Shown: positions 46,659 through 56,051, counted from the first letter of the stretch. The stretch is 64,000 nucleotides of DNA from Candidatus Bathyarchaeota archaeon (GCA_005888745.1 VBBS01000027.1:55045-119044), one strand, 5' to 3'. The notes: generated by a model from the sequence alone, not told the origin. Made by a program: numbers and translations.

Positions 46659-47660
46659 GTGCCGGGAAGGAACAAGAAACGGCCGAAATTGGACCTCAAC
46701 ATCTTCCCCGGAAACTGGACTGTCACGAATGACCGGATGTTCAAGGCCTTCGACCTGTCCTTCGCCCAGAACTGGAACCCTGCTACTTTTCCTTGGGATG
46801 AACTTGACCAGAAGAATTTCGACTCGAAGGAGAGAATAGCGCAAGCCTACTGGATGTCCAAACTGGCTCTCTTCGAGAAATCTGGAATTGGAGCCTTCGG
46901 CTTTGGGGCCGTAAGAGCCGCAGAACTGAACATGGAAGACCCCACGAAGAAGATGCTTGCCTCCATCACATACGATGAATGCCGGCATGACGAAGTCTGC
47001 CGAAGAGCCTGCGACAAGCTCTGTCCCAACTGGCCATACGGATACAAGCCACAATCAGATTTCGAATCAAGGGCCCTCCGAAACATCAAGGCACTCTACG
47101 ATGACGGCAGACGCTACTGGGAAGGATTCCTAAAGGCGTGGGAATATTTGCCGCCTGAGATTCTGTTCGCTGGCTTCTTTTTTGCGGAAATAGGCGCAGA
47201 AACGATCTTCAACGCGATGCGCCAGACCAGCAAACTCGGAATCTACCAACAAACCTTCCGAAATATTACACGAGACGAGACTCGCCATCTCGTTGCGACA
47301 ATGGCCCTGCTCCGGGCCATGGCCGAGAAGTTCTCGGAGGAACAGAAGATGACTATTACCCGGCAGATGAAGCAGGGCTTCATCTTTCTCTCACCCCTCC
47401 TCTACCAGCACAAGCCCGAGTTCTGGCATCTCCCCGCAGACTTTGACAAGGTCGACCAGGAGATGGAGGAAGCGGCCAGGGACGCGGGACTGGGAGTGCT
47501 CACCCTTGAAGAGAAGGTGAAGTTCTGGAAGGAAGCGATTGAGAAGAAACGGTCCGAGATAGAAGAGATGGGAATCAAGGTACCCGCCATCCCAGAGCTG
47601 GGAGTTGAGGGCGAAGAGGTTCAGGTTAAGAAGAACGAGACTATAGCCACGAGCTTCTAG
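46659..47660 (+). CDS. ferritin-like diiron-carboxylate protein (R2/PaaA-like oxygenase scaffold)
   Basis: Two E...ExxH pairs: LFEKSG ... YDECRHD and FAEIGAE ... RDETRHL. Confidence 0.55.
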   Translation: MPGRNKKRPKLDLNIFPGNWTVTNDRMFKAFDLSFAQNWNPATFPWDELDQKNFDSKERIAQAYWMSKLALFEKSGIGAFGFGAVRAAELNMEDPTKKMLASITYDECRHDEVCRRACDKLCPNWPYGYKPQSDFESRALRNIKALYDDGRRYWEGFLKAWEYLPPEILFAGFFFAEIGAETIFNAMRQTSKLGIYQQTFRNITRDETRHLVATMALLRAMAEKFSEEQKMTITRQMKQGFIFLSPLLYQHKPEFWHLPADFDKVDQEMEEAARDAGLGVLTLEEKVKFWKEAIEKKRSEIEEMGIKVPAIPELGVEGEEVQVKKNETIATSF

Positions 47661-47667
47661 GAAGTGG

Positions 47668-47985
47668 TTGAAGATCACGAAGATCATAGTCCTGTTCGGA
47701 CAACCGAAAGACCCCGAACTATTCGATGAGCAATACTGGAAAGACCATGTTCCAATAGCGAAGGCGATGCCAGGTTTGAAGAAATACACAGTTCACAAGA
47801 TCGTTGGGGCACCACGAGGAGAACCGGCATACTACCAGGTTGTCGAACTGGAATTCGAGAATATGGACAGCCTGAAGAAAGCATTGGAAAGCCCGGCCGG
47901 ACGCGAATCAGGCCGGCACGGCGTAAAGATTGCTACTGGTGGCATAACTTTCCTTTACGCGGAATCAAGAGAAGCGATGCCGTAG
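47668..47985 (+). CDS. EthD-domain protein (TIGR02118-like)
   Basis: 105 aa: KIIVLFGQPKDPELFDEQYW..HVPIAKAMPGLKKYTV. Confidence 0.6.
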   Translation: MKITKIIVLFGQPKDPELFDEQYWKDHVPIAKAMPGLKKYTVHKIVGAPRGEPAYYQVVELEFENMDSLKKALESPAGRESGRHGVKIATGGITFLYAESREAMP

Positions 47986-48077
47986 AACAACAACAGTCTA
48001 GCCCGGTTCCATCTGACATATTCCTCGGAAAACGTTCTTCTAATCAGACCCGTCAGTTCTAGGACAGGAGCGGGGAA

Positions 48078-49235
48078 GTCTTAGGCCGCATCGGAATCGT
48101 TGGAGTTGGACATTCAAAGTTCGGAAAAAGGAGCGACGCCTCCCTCCGAGAGCTAGCATTCGAAGCGTACAGTTCCGCCCTAGATGACGCCGACATCGAC
48201 TCTTCAAAAATAGACGGTTCAATAGTTTGCTCCGCCACTCACTACGACAAGCAACGATCGCCTGCAGGTGTTGTTGCGGAATATCTCGGACTCAATCCCC
48301 AACCAACATTCAACGTTGAGGCAGCCTGCGCCTCCAGCGCTGTTGGCCTTCGGACCGCGTGGGCGCTTGTCTCATCAAAACTTCATGATGTGGTGGCCGT
48401 TGTGGGGGTGCAGAAGATGACCGAACTCTCCTCGGAGGAGATCCAGGAGCTCATGGGCAGAGCAGGGGACGTCATGTGGGAGTCTCCCTTCGGAACAACA
48501 ATGCCCGCATACTACGCCTCCTATGCTAACGCCCACATGGCCAAGTACGGAACTACAGAGGAACAAATGGCGCTCGTGTCGGTGAAGAACCGAAAATACG
48601 GATCCAAGAATCCTAACGCCATGTTTCAAAAACCCATCCAATTGGAAGAGGTCCTAAAATCGCGAATGGTATCTTATCCTCTAAAACTATACGATTGCTG
48701 CGCCAATGCTGACGGGGCGGCATGTCTGCTCATTACTAGTGCCGAAAAAGCAAAGAAAATTTCTGATAGACCCGTATGGATCTCCGGGCTTGGCCTGGCT
48801 TCGAGTCCCATGTCGCTTGCTGGAAGAAAAGGTCCATTGACGAGTTTCGATGCCACAAGAAATGCGGCGAGAACGGCATACGAAATGGCCAATATCAAAC
48901 CACACGACGTACATGTGGCGGAGGTTCATGACTCTTTCTCGGTAACAGAAATCATCAATTATGAAGACCTCGGATTCGCACGACCTGGAAGGGGTGCTAA
49001 GCTTCTGGAAAACCAAGGCACGGAGCTCGGCGGGAGAATCCCCGTCAACATCGACGGAGGCTTGATTTCCAAAGGCCATCCAGTCGGAGCCACAGGCGCG
49101 TCCCAGATCTTCGCATTGGTCAAACAACTACGGGGGGAAGCGGGTAGCGTTCAGGTCGACGGCGCTAAGATTGGTCTCGCACAGAACATAGGGGGAATAG
49201 GAATGTACTGCTCCGTTACGATCTTGCGCTCATGA
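48078..49235 (+). CDS. thiolase (SCP-x / archaeal acetyl-CoA C-acetyltransferase type); start codon unresolved
   Basis: The frame is open from 48063. The N-terminus RIGIVGVGHSKFGKR and the catalytic-Cys region NVEAACASS lie upstream of the first canonical start (GTG 48390). The C-terminal GHPVGATGA is also present. The start given is approximate (GTC 48078, TTA 48081 or ATC 48090). Confidence 0.85.
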   Translation, partial: VLGRIGIVGVGHSKFGKRSDASLRELAFEAYSSALDDADIDSSKIDGSIVCSATHYDKQRSPAGVVAEYLGLNPQPTFNVEAACASSAVGLRTAWALVSSKLHDVVAVVGVQKMTELSSEEIQELMGRAGDVMWESPFGTTMPAYYASYANAHMAKYGTTEEQMALVSVKNRKYGSKNPNAMFQKPIQLEEVLKSRMVSYPLKLYDCCANADGAACLLITSAEKAKKISDRPVWISGLGLASSPMSLAGRKGPLTSFDATRNAARTAYEMANIKPHDVHVAEVHDSFSVTEIINYEDLGFARPGRGAKLLENQGTELGGRIPVNIDGGLISKGHPVGATGASQIFALVKQLRGEAGSVQVDGAKIGLAQNIGGIGMYCSVTILRS

Positions 49236-49281
49236 GTACATTCTCCAAGCTCTATGACGAAAAGCGAGGGCGAATCTAGGA

Positions 49282-50208
49282 TTGCAGGTGGACATTCAAG
49301 AGTTGACCCCCATTCAAAGCTTCGGCAGAAGAATTCGAGCCTATGATAAAGCCACACGCCTCGCAAAGGAAGGTCGCCCTGTCACTGAAATCTCGAAAGA
49401 GACGGGAACGCCTGACGCTACCATCAGGGGATGGCTCGTAAACGGTCGAAAACCTTGGACCCGCTGCGAACTCTTCAAACCAACGTACTCTGATCAATTA
49501 ACATATGTTATCGGTGTTTACATGGGAGACGGCTCGATTTCCCGATGGAGAAATCGTTTTTTACTGCGATTAGATGTCAAAGACAAAGAATTCGCCGATA
49601 AGTTTTCTTCAACATGCGCACATGTTCTGGGTAGGAAACCATATTCTGTGAGGCATGTCAGGGATAGGGACACATACGAGACTATCATTTCAAACGCGTC
49701 TTTCTGCAAGTTCCTCAACCGAGGCCTCACCCACCTGGATCGGTATGTACGGGAGCATCCCTCTGGCTTTGTTAGAGGTTTAGCTGATAGCGATGAGTGC
49801 CCCACTGTGACAACAACAAAAAAGCGGGGCAAACCCTGGTTCTTCGTCCAAGTTGTAGTAGCAACATCCAAGAGCATACGCTTACTGAGCTATACTCGGA
49901 CGATCCTGAGGGAATGCCTCGGACTCAAAGCGACGCTAGTGTACAAAGGCAAGCCAAGACCCAGTGTGTTCAAGAACAAGTTGCTCCGTTCAAGAAAGAG
50001 GGTCTTTGACCTTAGGATATCGCGCTTTGGTGACGTGAAACGATTCTCCCGGGTTGTTGGTTTCGAATTGGCTCGGAAACAAGAGAAGCTTGCCGCTGCT
50101 ATCTTCGTCCGTGAAGGATTTGGTTCTGGTCAGGATGCGGTGAAAGAGTGGACCCGTCGCTGGGAGCATGGCACCACTGAGTGGATTCTCAAGAAAGGAG
50201 TGGACTAG
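49282..50208 (+). CDS. LAGLIDADG homing-endonuclease-like protein with N-terminal HTH
   Basis: Motifs YVIGVYMGDGS and FVRGLADSDEC. The N-terminal EGRPVTEISKETGTPDATIRGWL is HTH-like. It sits between the thiolase and DUF35 genes. Confidence 0.7.
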   Translation: MQVDIQELTPIQSFGRRIRAYDKATRLAKEGRPVTEISKETGTPDATIRGWLVNGRKPWTRCELFKPTYSDQLTYVIGVYMGDGSISRWRNRFLLRLDVKDKEFADKFSSTCAHVLGRKPYSVRHVRDRDTYETIISNASFCKFLNRGLTHLDRYVREHPSGFVRGLADSDECPTVTTTKKRGKPWFFVQVVVATSKSIRLLSYTRTILRECLGLKATLVYKGKPRPSVFKNKLLRSRKRVFDLRISRFGDVKRFSRVVGFELARKQEKLAAAIFVREGFGSGQDAVKEWTRRWEHGTTEWILKKGVD

Positions 50209-50212
50209 GCAA

Positions 50213-50620
50213 TTGGGTTTTGAAAAGTTCGGGAGATTTGGTTATGTCTCCCAGACCAAGATCAACCCCTTGTTATCCTATCTGGAAAAGGGGCAGATTG
50301 CCGCGACCAAGTGCAAGAAGTGCGGGAGAACGTACTTTCCACCAAGAGCCGAGTGCCTGGACTGCCGCCACAGTACGATAGAATGGGTTGTAGTGGACGG
50401 GAGGAGCAAACTGATCACATTCACCCAGGTTTTCTTCGCACCACCCGCCTTTCAGCACGAAACCCCGTACATGCTAGGACTTGCGGAACTCACGAATGGG
50501 CTTCGCGTATTCGCGCCTGTCAGTCCTGCAGTGGAAAAGGAGCAACTCAAACCGGGCGTCGAGCTGACCTTGAAGGTTGCAAAAGGCTCACGTGACAACT
50601 TGTACTACTGGCTCGAATGA
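50213..50620 (+). CDS. DUF35 OB-fold/zinc-ribbon protein (thiolase partner)
   Basis: CKKCGRTYFPPRAECLDC zinc ribbon followed by an OB fold. TTG 50213 lies 5 nt after the endonuclease stop. The track ATG 50168 would overlap that gene. Confidence 0.8.
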   Translation: MGFEKFGRFGYVSQTKINPLLSYLEKGQIAATKCKKCGRTYFPPRAECLDCRHSTIEWVVVDGRSKLITFTQVFFAPPAFQHETPYMLGLAELTNGLRVFAPVSPAVEKEQLKPGVELTLKVAKGSRDNLYYWLE

Positions 50621-50645
50621 AGAACATGTGAATCGTCTTTCGGAG

Positions 50646-51509
50646 CTATTCGAGCCGCGGTAATCGGAGATCATCGCCCGCTGTTCGATAGCCGAGCTTG
50701 AGGGCCAATGGTGGGCGTCTCTTGTGCTCTGACTTCAACCAGCGTTCTCGAACTCTCCTGACTAGTGCCAGCTTCAAGCTCGTTTCATCCACTATCTCTT
50801 CTGGTGTCATCCATCTTTCAAGGCCCCAAAGAATCCTGTCCAGCTTCTCATAGCTGAGGCCTAATTCTTTCTCCGCTGTCTGACCTGGCCATAGCTCAGG
50901 GCTAGAAGCTTTCACGCGAATCCTCTCCGGTATGTTCAAGTGTCTGGCCAGGTTCCGGACTGATGTCTTGTAGAGATCTGCGAGGGGGAGTATGTCGCAG
51001 GCTCCATCGCCAAACTTTGTGAAGTAGCCTAGCATAATCTCACTCTTATCGCCAGTTCCCACGACGAGACCGTGCTCCGTGTTAGCATAATAGTAGAGGA
51101 CTATTGCGCGAAGCCGCGCCTTGACGTTTCCCCAAGGAATTCCCTTCGCGCTCTTTGCGTCTAGAGCGTTTCGAGAGGTTTTGACAATGGGCGTAATGTC
51201 AATTAGCTTGAAGCCTATTCTATGCTTCAACGCCACAAGTCTCGCATCTTCCACGGCCTGATCATTCCTCGTCTCATTCTCCGGCAGAGTTATCCCAAGA
51301 ACCCGCCTGCCCCCGACCGCGCGGGCGCATAGCGCCGCGGCAACACTAGAATCTAGACCACCAGACATGCCAAGGACGAGGCAGCGTGCACCGGCTTCTT
51401 CCAGGTGAGTCGTAAGAAATCGTTCAAGCCGACTTACTGTTTCCTCTGGGTCCCGAATGGCGAAAGGATCCTCGCCGTATCTAGAGGACATGGTGTCCTC
51501 GACTTTCAA
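50646..51509 (-). CDS. nadE: NAD+ synthetase (ammonia-dependent type)
   Basis: PP-loop SGGLDSS, and the GTGDKSE and Y.TKFGDG motifs. Confidence 0.85.
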   Translation of the reverse strand: MKVEDTMSSRYGEDPFAIRDPEETVSRLERFLTTHLEEAGARCLVLGMSGGLDSSVAAALCARAVGGRRVLGITLPENETRNDQAVEDARLVALKHRIGFKLIDITPIVKTSRNALDAKSAKGIPWGNVKARLRAIVLYYYANTEHGLVVGTGDKSEIMLGYFTKFGDGACDILPLADLYKTSVRNLARHLNIPERIRVKASSPELWPGQTAEKELGLSYEKLDRILWGLERWMTPEEIVDETSLKLALVRRVRERWLKSEHKRRPPLALKLGYRTAGDDLRLPRLE

Positions 51510-51537
51510 GCCAGTGTAATAAGCCGAGAGTCCTTGT

Positions 51538-52797
51538 CTAGCTGATGATGCGTGAGCCGCGATCTTCTGAGGCGAGGTTCTTGAACAATGGCAGCATCCT
51601 GTCCATCGTCACCCAGCGCTCACTCGCGAACGAAGCCTCGCTCGCCGCTTCCTGAACAATATTCTTCAAGTCCCGAGGCGTCACAACGTACTGCTCGCGA
51701 ACTGTAACCCCTCGTTCAGGGATCGATGCTTCGTACAATTGTTTCCTAGACCTAATCGTCCTCCAGATATCCGCGAAGGCCTCGTCAGTCAATCCTCCAC
51801 GATAGTTCGAGACTGACGGATCCAGCTCTACCTTGGAGCAGTAAAAGTCCAATAATCTCTTGACTTCATCCATCGACCTTGGAGGCGGAACATAGATGAT
51901 CCGCTTGATCCGATCCAGAAGCGCTTGATCTATGACACTGGGATAGTTGGTGGCGAATATCACGGACACGTTTCTGTTAACGTGGAAGCCTTCTCCGAGC
52001 TCTGTAAGAATCTGGTTAAGCATTCCCTGAACATCCCTTCCCGCGTCAGTCGTCGCTTCCATCCTCGCGCGTCCAATAGCATCAGCCTCATCTATGAAGA
52101 GAACTGTAGGAGCAGATTCTCGCGCGAGCTTGAAGACCTCCTTGACGTTCTTCGCAGACTCGCCCAGCCATTTTGACACTATCTCGTAGCTCTCTATTTT
52201 GAGGAAGCTTGTCTCCTGACCCCTCTGCCCGATCGTCCCCGCAACAGCCTTCGCCATGTACGTCTTCCCAGTCCCGGGTGGACCGAAGAGAAGTATCGAC
52301 CCGGCTTCTTCAAGCATCCGTGGGTCTCGGATGATCTGCTCGCGTCGAGCTCGGACCTGAGGATCAAGTATCCACTCGACCGCCTGCCGCAGGCTGTGCA
52401 GCTCTTTTTCGAGGCCAACGACGTCTTCATAGAAGACCTTGGGCGACTTTTCCACCTGATATTCTAAGAGTGAACGCTCGCGTAAACGGTCAATCACGTC
52501 GACAATGACTCCCTTCGTCGGAGAGAGAACCGCGTCCACGTCGGTGGACACTTTTTCCCTTATCTCGGGAGGGATGCTAACCTGAAACGCTTGGCCGCCT
52601 GATAGCCGAACCAGCGCCATATCCCCCTTGACATCTTCTATGGTCCCGATGGGACGCATACCTTGCTTGAGCTCTTCCATCAGGTTGTGGTATCTGCGGA
52701 GCTCGGTCTGGAGATACTCTATCTGTCTCTCCTTTCTTGTCAGTTCTCTTTCGAGGTCAAGTGCAGGAGGATATTCTGGCGAGTTCTGCTCGGCCAT
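51538..52797 (-). CDS. PAN-like AAA+ ATPase (coiled coil + OB + AAA), divergent
   Basis: N-terminal coiled coil, OB-like IGTIEDVKGDMALVRLSGGQAFQV, Walker A GPPGTGKT, Walker B LFIDEADA and pore loop KWLG. It lacks a C-terminal HbYX (ends RIIS) and has an atypical second region of homology (ALLDRIKRI). Confidence 0.75.
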   Translation of the reverse strand: MAEQNSPEYPPALDLERELTRKERQIEYLQTELRRYHNLMEELKQGMRPIGTIEDVKGDMALVRLSGGQAFQVSIPPEIREKVSTDVDAVLSPTKGVIVDVIDRLRERSLLEYQVEKSPKVFYEDVVGLEKELHSLRQAVEWILDPQVRARREQIIRDPRMLEEAGSILLFGPPGTGKTYMAKAVAGTIGQRGQETSFLKIESYEIVSKWLGESAKNVKEVFKLARESAPTVLFIDEADAIGRARMEATTDAGRDVQGMLNQILTELGEGFHVNRNVSVIFATNYPSVIDQALLDRIKRIIYVPPPRSMDEVKRLLDFYCSKVELDPSVSNYRGGLTDEAFADIWRTIRSRKQLYEASIPERGVTVREQYVVTPRDLKNIVQEAASEASFASERWVTMDRMLPLFKNLASEDRGSRIIS

Positions 52798-52990
52798 GCA
52801 GCTTCTGAACTATGATACCCGTTCGGGGAATAAATAGATATGGGCTTGCCCGAGCTGCCAACTTTGTGGTCTTTCACGTAGAGACCGAGTTCGAGACTCA
52901 ACAAAGTCCCGTTTTCAAGAACTCGAGAATGGCGAACAGTTCGAGAAAAAAGTGATTGATCTATTGCAATGAATCGAGAACGCGGTCCGG

Positions 52991-53758
52991 CTAGGTGCCA
53001 ACCATCGTGCCCATGCTCGGTCTCTTTCGCAAGAACCCGAACCGCGGAAGCTGAAGCTGAATCCCTATCCCGTTTATGATATCGAACCGTACGAGCCGCG
53101 GTATAATCTGGCGACGATCCATTTTCCTGACGAGCAAGTATCGACGTAGCACCTGGTGCTCTTCTACCATTCGCAGTTCTACCACGCCGTCCACGAGACT
53201 CTCGACCTTGTGAAACAGTTCCGGCTGGACACTGCCCGTTGAGAGGGTGGCTATCATTTTTCCTCCCACCTTCTTGACTTTCGCGGCAATACTCTGGATG
53301 AAACTGACGGCATGTTTCGGCTCAGCTTCGCTAAAGATCGGCATCAACGAGTCAAGTATGATGGTCACCTGGTGATTGCCCATCTTTTCCATTACGGAGG
53401 TCAAATGAATGCTGACATTGGTCAGGTCGAATGGTTGAGGAACCACTCCCTCGGTAACTCCAGCGGTTGCAGAGTAACAATCAATGATGCCAAGTTTGTT
53501 GAGCAACTGGTACTTCCTCGGGTCCCAGCCAAACTGGCTCATTCTCTCGAGAATGTTCGAAGGAAACGTGTCGTATGTGACTATGATACAGGGTCTCGAT
53601 CTCTGAAGCTCCTCGTAGAGGATCTGTTGTGCAAGAGTCGTCTTTCCACTACCTGGGTCGCCTGTGATCAGCACAGACGAGGAATCGGGCAGACTGCCCC
53701 CTATGAGCGCGTAAAATCCCTTGAAGGGCGCGGACCTAGTCTCCAGTTGTGAGTTCAC
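52991..53758 (-). CDS. single-domain KaiC/RecA-superfamily ATPase
   Basis: LITGDPGSGKTTLAQQ Walker A, and Walker B IILDS. Confidence 0.7.
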   Translation of the reverse strand: MNSQLETRSAPFKGFYALIGGSLPDSSSVLITGDPGSGKTTLAQQILYEELQRSRPCIIVTYDTFPSNILERMSQFGWDPRKYQLLNKLGIIDCYSATAGVTEGVVPQPFDLTNVSIHLTSVMEKMGNHQVTIILDSLMPIFSEAEPKHAVSFIQSIAAKVKKVGGKMIATLSTGSVQPELFHKVESLVDGVVELRMVEEHQVLRRYLLVRKMDRRQIIPRLVRFDIINGIGIQLQLPRFGFLRKRPSMGTMVGT

Positions 53759-54336
53759 CTAAGGCAAGCTAAACGTCGAAAGCTACTATTTTCCAACAGG
53801 ACCGTTCAGGCGTATGAATGGGAATTGTAACCTATCCATCCATCAAGGAGTGACCGAGCTCGTGAGGCAGCGAGAAAGCGCCCCCGCAGAACGTCGAATA
53901 AGTCAATAATGCTGAAGTGTGTCGCAAGAGGGCACTGCGAAAGGCTCGGACTGGGAACTTCGACTAGTCTAGCTGGCCTTCAAAATGGCTCGTTTCGACC
54001 CTTAGACGGAAATGAAGCTCCAGCAGATTCATCAACGTCGCAATCTCGTCGAGGTCTTCGGCATTGTCCATCCGCCTGAGGGGTTTCCCCTTTCAAGCCA
54101 CCGACGCATACGATTTCCAATCAGCTGCCGCTAGCACAGGGATTATGGTTCTGCTTAGTTTTGGTTGGATAGTTGTTGTTGGCTTGTTGACTTAGCTTGC
54201 CTCCATCGTCATCAGGGAGAGTGACCTAACCCCTCTCAATCCGACGAAGAGTTAACAGTGCCTCATTTTCTCATGCATTGTTCTCTACCAACACGAAATT
54301 ACGTGAACGGAAGACAGAAAAAAGGAGATGATCGAA

Positions 54337-55353
54337 CTAAATCTTTGGAGGCGGTAGCGGCCTTCGCACCTTGATCGCCAAAAGAATTAGGAAAAGCGCC
54401 ACACCGAAGATCGTCAATAATACGATTGCTGAGACGACAGGAGCAGAAGAAGTACCACCCGCATTCAGTGTTACGGTGCTGACCGGAGCGACTGAAGCAT
54501 CTTCCGACCATGTTCCCTGGTCTTGACCCTGGTAGAGAACGTGCGCTGAATAGGGTCCGATTGGAATATCGCCGAGTTGAACTGTTCCCTGACTGTCGGT
54601 CGTGAAAGTTCTGCTTGTTGCGTTGGCGAAGGTGATTGTTACCGATGCGCCCTGAATCGGACTGTTCAGCTTGTCGACAACTTTGACGGACGCCGGGTAC
54701 GCGCTCACCCCGACAATGGCAGAGGCTGAACCCAAGGCGAGGTCAAGGGGTACTGGGGCAGGCAGAGCTCCTTGGTAGCCTTCCCAGGTCGCCGAAGTAA
54801 CCGTCCAAGAAGTCGCGGCCAGCCACTGGCCAGAATAGGACGAGGTTGTAACACTCGAACCTGCACTCGACAATACGACAGACGTTGGACTCGGAACGAG
54901 TGATTGCCCTGCAGCATCTTTGAAGGTCAACGTATACTGGAACTGCTTATCGAACTTGGCGGTGAAGGGTCCTCCATCCAATGATCCTGTGTAATTGTAG
55001 AGCATGATCGGAGTCTGCATCATCAGAGTGGGGGTCCACTGCAAACTGGAACGGACCCATTCGTTCCATACATAACGTGCTCCTGAGGACGCTGACAAGG
55101 TTGTGTTCAGAACGGTAAGAGTATGTCGACTATTGTTTGCGAATGAGAACGTGTGTGGTAGAGGATAAACTAAGCCAGTATTGTTGTCGAGCTCAACGTA
55201 CACTGTTCCATCCGCACCAGGCACGGTTGTGTCTGCTTTGAGAAGACAGCTTGTGATGCACCCGCTGGTCGCATGAACATCTGCCAGGAAGAGCGGGACA
55301 ACCATGATTGAAAGTGCCAGAATCAGCAATGAGGCACGAGCCGTCTTCCTCAA
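54337..55353 (-). CDS. exported protein with an Ig/CarboxypepD_reg-like module and C-terminal membrane anchor
   Basis: Signal-like N-terminus, VKVVDKLNSPIQGASVTITF....TFTTDSQGTVQLGDIPIGPY, and a C-terminal TM helix followed by a basic tail. Confidence 0.45.
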   Translation of the reverse strand: MRKTARASLLILALSIMVVPLFLADVHATSGCITSCLLKADTTVPGADGTVYVELDNNTGLVYPLPHTFSFANNSRHTLTVLNTTLSASSGARYVWNEWVRSSLQWTPTLMMQTPIMLYNYTGSLDGGPFTAKFDKQFQYTLTFKDAAGQSLVPSPTSVVLSSAGSSVTTSSYSGQWLAATSWTVTSATWEGYQGALPAPVPLDLALGSASAIVGVSAYPASVKVVDKLNSPIQGASVTITFANATSRTFTTDSQGTVQLGDIPIGPYSAHVLYQGQDQGTWSEDASVAPVSTVTLNAGGTSSAPVVSAIVLLTIFGVALFLILLAIKVRRPLPPPKI

Positions 55354-55643
55354 CAGAGATGCTCACTAACGGTTGAGGAAATTGGAACTCTATGCCTTAG
55401 GACATCTTTAACCACAGTCAATCGGTGTAGGGAACAACCAGGCTTTTGAATTGAACTCATTGGGAAGCCGGTCTAAACGGTGCTCGCACGAGAAATGCAT
55501 AGTGCAATCCACATAGTGGAGCCGTTCTTGAGCCTCAACTCTTACATTGAGCATCCTTCTCCCGGATTCCCGGTCCTACGGATAGTGATGTTTCTCCGGA
55601 CATTCGAAGACTTCTAGCTCCGACCGGAATAGAAAGTTACATA

Positions 55644-56051
55644 TTGTGGCAGGCGTATGACAAGTCAGCTTTGGAACTTGGAGATCTCGAGGCAGCTGTC
55701 CTCGGGACAGTTGTTCGGCTTGGCAACGCTTCTGCCCGCCAAGTCGCTCAGGACCTGCATGCTACCCGTGGACTCGCATACACTACAATCAGTACAACGC
55801 TGGATCGTCTTTACAGGAAGGGGATCTTGGCCCGTGATGAGGCTGTTGGCAGAGGAGGGTCCAGATACGTGTATCGCCTTCACTCCGAGGACAAGGTCAA
55901 GGGTCGAGTCGTGAAAGGATTCGTTGACAGGTTGCTCACAGCCTTTGGACCCAGCATTATCTCGACGTTGCATGACTACATGGATGAGATTCCAAAGGAG
56001 GACCTGAAGAAGCTGGAAGAAAGAGTTCGTAGGGAGTCCGGGCAACGATAA
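55644..56051 (+). CDS. BlaI/MecI/CopY-family transcriptional repressor
   Basis: LEAAVLGTVVRLGNASARQVAQDL......YTTISTTLDRLYRKGIL.R winged-helix pattern. Confidence 0.75.
   Translation: MWQAYDKSALELGDLEAAVLGTVVRLGNASARQVAQDLHATRGLAYTTISTTLDRLYRKGILARDEAVGRGGSRYVYRLHSEDKVKGRVVKGFVDRLLTAFGPSIISTLHDYMDEIPKEDLKKLEERVRRESGQR

Noticed and set aside
47986-48062. Read-through of the in-frame TAG 48060-62 (for example as pyrrolysine) to give the thiolase an upstream start.
   Set aside because: The upstream sequence in that frame is not coding-like, contains no start codon before running into the EthD gene, and adds nothing homologous to thiolases.
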